Part shown: positions 25,472-31,916 of the stretch, one piece after another
Numbering within the stretch: position 1 is the first letter of the stretch
Layout of the letters: each line of letters opens with the position of its first letter
DNA from: Candidatus Levyibacteriota bacterium
GTDB lineage: Bacteria > Patescibacteriota > Microgenomatia > Levybacterales > UBA12049
DNA length: 40,772 bases
Direction: 5' to 3'
Assembly: GCA_963722305.1 (NCBI GenBank)
Contig: CAVRKE010000001.1
Span: 567,549 to 608,320, forward strand
Translations under genes and position numbers: made by a program
The notes under the pieces: model-generated
The model's database searches: none
What the model saw: only the letters and a program-made list of their open reading frames with translations
Told to the model about the DNA's origin: nothing

Positions 25472-26687
25472 CTTGCTTTTTGAAAAGAGCTGCCAACAGC
25501 GAAATTAACAGTAAATAATAGCCGGCCGACAGTTGCCAAGGGACATTTTGGAAAATAAACGAACCTTTAAGATTGGCAAAAAAGTTGGTCATAAGCTCAA
25601 AATAGATTAAAAACGGCAGGCAAAGATATAAGAAAAGTTTGGCCAAAGGCGTGAAAACAAATGCGGCCATCGCGGCAAAGCCACCGAGAATCATCAGAAT
25701 CGGCACCGTCCACAGCACCAGGGCGTTAACCACTATTGACCAGAGTGAATAGTTGCCGAAAGTGGAAACTAGAATCGGCAGGCTGGCGGCTTGGGCCGAA
25801 AGCGTGGTGATTAAATCCGCCGACCAGCCGTTTTCGAAGCGCTTGAGAAGTCTTGGAATAATCAGAATTCCTAAAGTTGAGGCAAAAGACAGCTGAAAAC
25901 CAACGTCAGTCAAGAAATTTGGCTGCCAAAACAACATTATAAATCCGGTTAAGAAGAGAATGTAAATTGCATCTTTTTGCCTACCCAGTATTTGGGCGGA
26001 AAAAGCCAAAATTCCCATAATCGAAGCTCTGATAATCGATGACTGAAAGCCGGCCAAAAAATCGTAGAAAATCAATCCGAAAATGCTAAAGAAAATCGCC
26101 ATCTGCCGTTTAAATAACAGCCCAAACAGGTAAAAAAGAAACCCTGCTACCATGGTGACGTTCATTCCCGACGCGGCAATGACGTGCATTACGCCAACTG
26201 TTTTGAAATTTGCCAAAAACTGTTTTGAGAAGTCCTGCTTAATGCCAAAAACAATGCCTAAGAGAAGGGCTGACGAATCTTTAGGCAGGCTGTTCTGAAA
26301 AGAACCGATTATTTTTTGGCGGATTGCATAAATAACTGCTAACCCACCACCGCTTGGATTTTCAAGATTAATTTTTGGGAAACTGATTGAAATGATTGAC
26401 GATTTATTATTTAGCAGTTTAAATTTTAAAGTGCCAGTAATCGCCAACTTGTCGCCGTAAGCGTACTCCGGATAGCCGGCTGTTTGGACAAAGGCTAACT
26501 CCCCGTTTGGTAAATTCAGCGAAAAATTCTGGTAGTTACCGGAAAACTTCGGATCGGAAGAAACAGTTGTTTCAAAGCTAATACTTTGCCCGTCTTTGTA
26601 TTCGCTTTTCTGAGAATAGAACAAACACAGCCTTAACAAAAGAACAATAATCAATAAAACAGTAAACAAGGATAATCGTTTGGTCAT
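25464..26687 (-). CDS. comEC: ComEC/Rec2 competence channel protein (OB-fold N-domain plus polytopic competence domain, no MBL domain)
   Basis: The core is polytopic (VMHVIAASGMNV, SFASTLGI). The N-terminal soluble segment is like DUF4131. ATG 26687 lies 3 codons inside the track TTG start at 26696. Confidence 0.8.
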   Translation of the reverse strand: MTKRLSLFTVLLIIVLLLRLCLFYSQKSEYKDGQSISFETTVSSDPKFSGNYQNFSLNLPNGELAFVQTAGYPEYAYGDKLAITGTLKFKLLNNKSSIISISFPKINLENPSGGGLAVIYAIRQKIIGSFQNSLPKDSSALLLGIVFGIKQDFSKQFLANFKTVGVMHVIAASGMNVTMVAGFLFYLFGLLFKRQMAIFFSIFGLIFYDFLAGFQSSIIRASIMGILAFSAQILGRQKDAIYILFLTGFIMLFWQPNFLTDVGFQLSFASTLGILIIPRLLKRFENGWSADLITTLSAQAASLPILVSTFGNYSLWSIVVNALVLWTVPILMILGGFAAMAAFVFTPLAKLFLYLCLPFLIYFELMTNFFANLKGSFIFQNVPWQLSAGYYLLLISLLAALFKKQDD

Positions 26688-26739
26688 AAAAACCAACTGG
26701 CCACTAGTGTTTAGTTAACTAGTTGCTAATGTCTAGTAG

Positions 26740-27369
26740 CTAATAAACTGAAATTTTATCTTTAATTTCGGAAAAGACTTTGCTGGAAACCACCTTTTTG
26801 TCCAGTAACTGATTGATGTCTGAGTATGGCCGGCCGTTGACTATTTTGGTAATCGTAGCCGGACCAACTCCCGGCAAGGAATCCAAATCTTGGGAACTTG
26901 CCGTGTTAATGTTAATTAATGCTGAAGCTTCGTCATTGTTGTTTAGGATTTGCGTATTTGAATTTGTAGTTTCGTCTACTCTGGGGATATACACTTTTGC
27001 TCCGTCGGACAGTTTCGCCGCCAGGTTTATATTTTTGGCTACCCAGTCCCGGTCGGCGTCTGAGGATAGCCCTTGGGCGGAAACTAAAGCGTCTTGAATA
27101 ATAGAATTAGCAGTCAGTTTATAAACACCCGGCACCACCACCGCACCTTCAACATCCACCAGAATTAAATTCGAATTGTCCGCTTTTGACTCGGAAACCG
27201 AAGTTGAATCCGCCTTTTGGAAAGTAATATCCTGGCTTTTTGAAGCTGAACCGAAGAACGCTATCAAACCATATATAAAGAACATCAACCCGAGGCAAAA
27301 CAAGGCTAGTGGCAGCCAATATTTTCGAAAAAACGGCGAGAATTGGGCAATTAAACTCTCTAAGTCCAT
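26740..27369 (-). CDS. comEA: ComEA-family DNA-binding competence protein
   Basis: It has an N-terminal TM helix, an SLBB-like middle region and a C-terminal helix-hairpin-helix (NINTASSQDLDSLPGVGPATITKIVNGRPY). Confidence 0.85.
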   Translation of the reverse strand: MDLESLIAQFSPFFRKYWLPLALFCLGLMFFIYGLIAFFGSASKSQDITFQKADSTSVSESKADNSNLILVDVEGAVVVPGVYKLTANSIIQDALVSAQGLSSDADRDWVAKNINLAAKLSDGAKVYIPRVDETTNSNTQILNNNDEASALININTASSQDLDSLPGVGPATITKIVNGRPYSDINQLLDKKVVSSKVFSEIKDKISVY

Positions 27370-27378
27370 AGGGCAATA

Positions 27379-30357
27379 TTAGACGACGAAATTTATTAAC
27401 TTTCCCTCTATATAAATCACTTTCTTAATTTCTTTTTCCGCCAGATATTTTGCAACTTTTTCACTACTTTTCACCTGCTCTTCTACCTTATTCTGAATTT
27501 TTAATTCTGAACTTTGAATTGTTACCGTGTCTCTTAACTTCCCGTTAATCTGAACAACGATTTGGATTTCGTCTTCAACTAAATATTTTGGGTCATATTT
27601 TGGCCATTCTTCCAAATGAACTGACTTAAAAGGGGTGGCACGGGAGGAAGGGCTCACCACAGCACGTATCTCTGAGCTTTGCGAATGAGGAGTACTGGCA
27701 AGCGGACTGAAGGGAGCTCGCTTGCTTGACAAGGGTGAAGGAAAACCCGGGACAGGACCCCGCATTGAAACATTGTTAGCATTCGGATTAAGTAACTGCC
27801 AGAGTTCCTCGGTGATAAACGGGGCAAATGGCGCCAGTAGTTTTAGGAAGGTTGCGTACTCTTCCCTGGCGATTTTCTCTTTGGCAGAGAGATAGTTAAG
27901 CCAAGTCATGAGGCTTGCCACCGCGGTATTGAACTGAAAAGTGTTGAGGTCATCCCCCACTTTTTTGATGGTTTTATGCATTTGCAGTAAATCTTCCTGA
28001 CTTAACTTACTTGGGATTTGGGATTTGGGATTTGGGATTTTATCTTGCAGCTCCCAAACTCTTTTTAGGAACCGGTAAATGCCGGAAATCGCACCGCTTG
28101 ACCAGGGAGCGGTGGCTTCATACGGCATCATAAAGCACAGATACAGCCTGACCGTGTCCGCGCCGAATTCCTTGACCACGTCATCGGGGTTAACCACGTT
28201 ACCTTTAGACTTACTCATGCGGTTGCCGTCGGGACCCAAAATTACACCGTGCTGCACCCTTTTTTTGGCAAATTCACTAAACTCAACCAAACCGATGTCC
28301 TTAAAGAACTTGGTAAAAAACCTGGCGTATAAAGTGTGGCCGAGTGTATGTTCGGAACCGCCGAAATAGACGTCAATCGGCATCAGTGTTTTGACTTTTT
28401 GGCTGTCAAACGGCCCATCCGAGTAGTCGGGTGACACATAGCGGTAGTAATACCAGGCGCTGTCAAAGAAAGTATCCAGGGTTTCGGCGTCTCTTTTGGC
28501 TTTGCCACCACATTTGGGACAGGTAGTGTTAAGCCACTCTTCATCTGTTGCCAACGGTGGCTTGCCTTTGGGCGTGTAATCAACGTTATAGGGAAGTTCC
28601 ACCGGCAAGTCTTCGTAGGGAACTTGAATCATGGCGTATTCCTCATCATCGATTATTAAGATCTTGTGAGGGGTGGTAGAAGAGGAAGGGCTCCCGACAG
28701 CGCGCATCTCTGAGCTTTGCGAATGAGGAGCACTGGCAAGCGGACCGAAGGGAGCTCGCTTGCTTGACAAGGGTGAAGGGAAACTTCTGACAGGACCCCG
28801 AGCGCAGTGCTTGCAGTAAATGATGGGAATTGGTGTTCCCCAGTAGCGCTGACGGGAAACCGACCAGTCGCGCAGATGGTAATTAACCATCTTCTTGCCC
28901 ACCGGCTTGGCTTTGAAGGTAGTTTCGACAATCGGTAGCTTGAATTTTTCGGCAAATTCCCTGTCCCGTTCGTCGGCAAAAGGTACCGCCATGATGGCAC
29001 CGGTGCCATAGCCCGCCAAAACATAATCCGCCACCCATACCGGAATTTCCTTACCGGTGACCGGGTTTTTCACAAACTTTCCCGTGAAAACTCCGGATTT
29101 GCTTCTGTCCTCTTTTCTCTCCATTTCGGTTTTCTTTTGAGCCGCCTTGATGTAGTCTTGAACTTCTTTTGTTTTGATGTTTTGCGCAAACGGATGCTCG
29201 GGGGCAACCACCATAAACGTTGCTCCGTCGGTGGTATCCGGCCGGGTAGTAAAAACCTCAATAAAGTCGGGGGTGGCGAGCGCGGGGGACCCCCGGCGAG
29301 TGCCCGCAGGGAGTTTATCGACCGAGGACATCGGACGGGGGTAAAATGAGACAGGACCCCCGACAATTGGAAATTGAAGCAGCATTCCCTCCGACCTGCC
29401 AATCCAGTTATTCTGACCTTCTTTAACCATTTTCGGCCAGTCCGCATCGCTTTGCGAAGCATTGCTGGCGGGCCAGTCAACGTCTGAAGGGGTGACGCCT
29501 GAGGAAGGGCTCCCGGCAGCGCGCATCTCTGAGCTTTGCGAATGAGAAGCACTGGCGGGAAGGAAACCGGCGGCAGGACCCCGTGAGTCTTCAGGCCAAA
29601 TAAGCTCGTCTGCATATTGTGTGATTTTAAGGAACCACTGCTCAACTTCTTTCTGGACAACTTCCGCACCGCAGCGCCAACATTTTCCGCCTTCGATGTG
29701 CTCGTTAGCCAAAACAGTTTGGTCAACCGGACACCAGTTGGACAAAGCCTTTCCGCGATAAGCAATCCCCTTTTCGAACATTTTGAGAAAAATCCACTGG
29801 TTCCAACGGTAATATTCCGGTAAACAAGTGATCACTTCGTGCGACCAGTCAATCATTGTTCCCATTGTGCCAAACTGCTTCTGCATGGTGGCGATATTTT
29901 TCATCGTCCAATCTTGTGGGTGGACTCCTCTTTTAATCGCGGCGTTTTCCGCCGGCAGACCAAAGGCATCAAAACCGTTCGGGAAGAAAACGTTAAAACC
30001 GTTCATTCTTTTATACCGGGCGTGGGTATCCGGTGGCGTGAAGGCAAACCAGTGCCCCAAATGCAGGTCGCCGGAAGGATACGGCAATTCAACCAGGTTG
30101 TAATACTTGGGAGATTTTGCAGCCTCGTCGAATTTGTAAAGCCCGTTCTCTTGCCAAACTTTCCGCCAATACGGTTCTATCTCCTGGGGAAAATATCTCT
30201 CCCGCTTGCCCCGTGAGAGCGCCCCTTGCGAGCGCGAGGCTGGAAGCCTTCGGCGCAAGGCAAGCTTCTTATGGGGCCATTTCGCCTCAATTTCACTCGG
30301 AAAATACCGTGGGCCAATTTTTAATTTAGAATTTTTAATTTTTAATGATTTAGGCAT
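27379..30357 (-). CDS. leuS: Leucine--tRNA ligase carrying multiple in-frame insertions
   Basis: Contains LPYPSGDLHLGH (HIGH), FTTRPDT (CP1 editing domain), KMSKSKGN and WIGRSEG. It is 992 aa against a usual ~800-860 aa; the excess is explained by the inserts listed separately. Confidence 0.93.
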   Translation of the reverse strand: MPKSLKIKNSKLKIGPRYFPSEIEAKWPHKKLALRRRLPASRSQGALSRGKRERYFPQEIEPYWRKVWQENGLYKFDEAAKSPKYYNLVELPYPSGDLHLGHWFAFTPPDTHARYKRMNGFNVFFPNGFDAFGLPAENAAIKRGVHPQDWTMKNIATMQKQFGTMGTMIDWSHEVITCLPEYYRWNQWIFLKMFEKGIAYRGKALSNWCPVDQTVLANEHIEGGKCWRCGAEVVQKEVEQWFLKITQYADELIWPEDSRGPAAGFLPASASHSQSSEMRAAGSPSSGVTPSDVDWPASNASQSDADWPKMVKEGQNNWIGRSEGMLLQFPIVGGPVSFYPRPMSSVDKLPAGTRRGSPALATPDFIEVFTTRPDTTDGATFMVVAPEHPFAQNIKTKEVQDYIKAAQKKTEMERKEDRSKSGVFTGKFVKNPVTGKEIPVWVADYVLAGYGTGAIMAVPFADERDREFAEKFKLPIVETTFKAKPVGKKMVNYHLRDWSVSRQRYWGTPIPIIYCKHCARGPVRSFPSPLSSKRAPFGPLASAPHSQSSEMRAVGSPSSSTTPHKILIIDDEEYAMIQVPYEDLPVELPYNVDYTPKGKPPLATDEEWLNTTCPKCGGKAKRDAETLDTFFDSAWYYYRYVSPDYSDGPFDSQKVKTLMPIDVYFGGSEHTLGHTLYARFFTKFFKDIGLVEFSEFAKKRVQHGVILGPDGNRMSKSKGNVVNPDDVVKEFGADTVRLYLCFMMPYEATAPWSSGAISGIYRFLKRVWELQDKIPNPKSQIPSKLSQEDLLQMHKTIKKVGDDLNTFQFNTAVASLMTWLNYLSAKEKIAREEYATFLKLLAPFAPFITEELWQLLNPNANNVSMRGPVPGFPSPLSSKRAPFSPLASTPHSQSSEIRAVVSPSSRATPFKSVHLEEWPKYDPKYLVEDEIQIVVQINGKLRDTVTIQSSELKIQNKVEEQVKSSEKVAKYLAEKEIKKVIYIEGKLINFVV
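27631..27762. repeat. GC-rich in-frame repeat element in leuS, copy A (132 nt)
   Basis: Manual alignment to copy B shows roughly nine of ten positions identical. It encodes RGPVPGFPSPLSSKRAPFSPLASTPHSQSSEIRAVVSPSSRATP. Confidence 0.85.
28013..28040. repeat. (GGGATTT)x4 heptanucleotide array inside leuS
   Basis: Read directly from the sequence. On the coding strand it is (AAATCCC)4 and encodes KIPNPKSQIP. It shares the exact 19-mer AAATCCCAAATCCCAAGTA with intergenic element b (16053-16071). Confidence 0.9.
28669..28800. repeat. GC-rich in-frame repeat element in leuS, copy B (132 nt)
   Basis: It encodes RGPVRSFPSPLSSKRAPFGPLASAPHSQSSEMRAVGSPSSSTTP and aligns with copies A and C. Confidence 0.85.
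29266..29364. repeat. GC-rich in-frame insert in leuS, copy D (99 nt, related termini, 9-bp TIR)
   Basis: It has perfect terminal inverted repeats GTCGGGGGT (29266-29274) and ACCCCCGAC (29356-29364). The coding-strand ends (GGGGTCCTGTC...GCCACCCC) match A-C, but the interior differs. It encodes VGGPVSFYPRPMSSVDKLPAGTRRGSPALATPD. Confidence 0.7.
29488..29583. repeat. GC-rich in-frame repeat element in leuS, copy C (96 nt, internally deleted)
   Basis: It is the same element as A and B but lacks the central ~36 nt. It encodes RGPAAGFLPASASHSQSSEMRAAGSPSSGVTP. Confidence 0.8.
30199..30276. repeat. GC-rich palindromic in-frame insert near the leuS N-terminus, element E (78 nt)
   Basis: It encodes PHKKLALRRRLPASRSQGALSRGKRE. 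Nested complementary segments are GCTTGCC/GGCAAGC, TTGCG/CGCAA and AGGCT-gga-AGCCT. It is flanked by two diverged copies of the RYFPxEIExxW coding segment. Confidence 0.7.
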
Positions 30358-30399
30358 TTGAATTTGTTTAGAAATTAGAAATTAAGAATTAGAAATTTC
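30315..30399. repeat. AT-rich element, copy c, spanning the leuS start codon
   Basis: GCATTTGAATTTGTTTAGAAATTAGAAATTAAGAATTAGAAATTTC aligns with 16088-16132. The left part (AATTTTT AATTTAG AATTTTT AATTTTT AATGATT) lies inside the leuS N-terminal codons (MPKSLKIKNSKLKI). Confidence 0.65.
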
Positions 30400-30488
30400 T
30401 GTTCGCCAAAAGTATATCAAGTTTCAGGATTCTATACAAATTAAGTAATCGACTTGAATTTATCCCTCAGATTGCCTACCATAGAAGT

Positions 30489-31133
30489 ATGAAGTCTTTA
30501 CTGCAAGTCTCTCTTCTTGTTTTATCTTTTGTTTTAGTTTTCTTCTGGCGTTTTCTGCAGTTGAGTGACCTGACAGTCCCGGTGATTGGCGTTTTGGTTG
30601 CAGCATATTTGGTTTTGTCGTTAAGAAAACGGGGTAAAGGTTTTCTGACCATGGGCGGCGAAGGCCCGTGGGGCATTTTTATTTTGAATACTCTGATATT
30701 CCTGCTAATTTTTTCCACCGGCGGTTTTAATTCCCTACTTTACTTCCTGCTGTACTTTTTGGCCTTCGGCATCGCCTTTGTCTTTGCCCCTAGTATGGTT
30801 TTTGTCTTTGTTCTGGGCACGATTGTAATTTTTCTGCCCGATGCCCTGAAAACTGATCTTCTAAACAGCGGTTTAAAGCTTGGCTCACTACTGCTTTTAT
30901 CTCCCTTAGCTTACTTTTTTGGCGCGCAGTACCGCAAAACCGACCAGGAAGAGGAAAAAGTCGAAGCTTTGGAAGAAAGAACCAAGGAAGCCGCCGACAC
31001 TATTGCCGAGGATATTGAGGAAGTTGTCAAAGACGAGAAAGCCAACTTGAAAGGCCCAGATTTGGAAAAACTCAACGAGATTTTGGAAGAAACCGAAGAC
31101 CTCCGCGCCGAGAGCGCCAATAAAGATTTATGA
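30489..31133 (+). CDS. Polytopic membrane protein with acidic coiled-coil-like C-terminal tail
   Basis: 214-aa ORF with about 5 hydrophobic helices followed by an E/K/D-rich tail. There is no recognisable motif. Its stop codon lies inside the heptad array that also carries the next gene's start. Confidence 0.6.
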   Translation: MKSLLQVSLLVLSFVLVFFWRFLQLSDLTVPVIGVLVAAYLVLSLRKRGKGFLTMGGEGPWGIFILNTLIFLLIFSTGGFNSLLYFLLYFLAFGIAFVFAPSMVFVFVLGTIVIFLPDALKTDLLNSGLKLGSLLLLSPLAYFFGAQYRKTDQEEEKVEALEERTKEAADTIAEDIEEVVKDEKANLKGPDLEKLNEILEETEDLRAESANKDL

Positions 31134-31159
31134 TTTATGATTTATGATTTAAGATTTAA
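31125..31159. repeat. (GATTTAT)x3(GATTTAA)x2 heptanucleotide array across a stop/start junction
   Basis: Read directly from the sequence. It contains TGA at 31131, 31138 and 31145 and ATG at 31130, 31137 and 31144, so a stop and a start occur in every frame. Confidence 0.9.
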
Positions 31160-31913
31160 GAAAAAAGAGTTACTCACCCTCACAAAAACGAGAATTACCT
31201 ATTTCTTACTTCTTCTTTCTTACTTCTTCTTTGTTACTTCCGCGCCAACGGCGCTTGCCCAAACCATGAGTAATTCGCAGTACATTATCCAAATGGGTAA
31301 TTTGAACTCAATTGCCGGACACCCAACCGGCCCCAGCTACCAACTGTTGTATACCGTCGGCCAGACCAGCCCGGGGCTCTATTCCGGCCCCAATTATAAA
31401 GTTAAAGCCGGCTTTGAATACGTCCTTTCTAACATTCCTTTCCGATTTACGATTAGCAATATCTTTATTGATTTTGGCATTATCAGCCCAACCATTCCGG
31501 TATTAAGAACCAATACCCTAACTATTTCCAATGGCTCTGCTTATGGTTACCAGGTGACTGTTTCCGAAAACCGGAATTTGACCTCCGACGCTTACGGAAC
31601 ACAAATTCCGGCCACTACTTGTGACAGCGGAGATTGCACTCCGACAACCGCCGCGCTGTGGACCAGTTCCCTCACTTACGGCTTTGGTTACAGATGCGAC
31701 AACATATCGGCAACTGATTGTGACAGTCAATTTTCAACCGCTAATTATTACAAACCGTTTATTGCTTCACCGTCGGCCATAGTAATTATGAGCAGTCTGC
31801 AGGTTGGCCGAAATAAAGTCGGACAGGTCACTTACAAGGTTAACGTCTCGGGACTGCAACGCGCCGGCCTATATACCAATTTAATTAATTACATAGCAAC
31901 ACCGACTTTTTAA
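31137..31913 (+). CDS. Secreted beta-rich protein ending in YIATPTF (WxL-like C-terminus), module 1
   Basis: It has a signal peptide (ITYFLLLLSYFFFVTSAPTALAQ) and repeated SxYxL-type N-terminal motifs. The C-terminal AGLYTNLINYIATPTF parallels AGTYSTVFTYVATPTF of 34267-35712. The resemblance to Firmicute WxL domains is inference. Confidence 0.7.
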   Translation: MIYDLRFKKKELLTLTKTRITYFLLLLSYFFFVTSAPTALAQTMSNSQYIIQMGNLNSIAGHPTGPSYQLLYTVGQTSPGLYSGPNYKVKAGFEYVLSNIPFRFTISNIFIDFGIISPTIPVLRTNTLTISNGSAYGYQVTVSENRNLTSDAYGTQIPATTCDSGDCTPTTAALWTSSLTYGFGYRCDNISATDCDSQFSTANYYKPFIASPSAIVIMSSLQVGRNKVGQVTYKVNVSGLQRAGLYTNLINYIATPTF

Positions 31914-31916
31914 CTT

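Noticed and set aside
27631-29583. leuS inserts as inteins or self-splicing introns
   Set aside because: At 96-132 nt they are far too short for an intein (no Cys/Ser...His-Asn splice-junction blocks) or for group I/II introns. They are in frame and stop-free, which fits translation rather than excision.
29070-29765. 231-aa minus-strand ORF, plus several 60-125-aa ORFs on both strands, inside the leuS coordinates
   Set aside because: They overlap the well-supported leuS frame. Their length is explained by the GC-rich inserts suppressing stop codons. The sequences are Arg/Pro/Ser low-complexity with no motifs.
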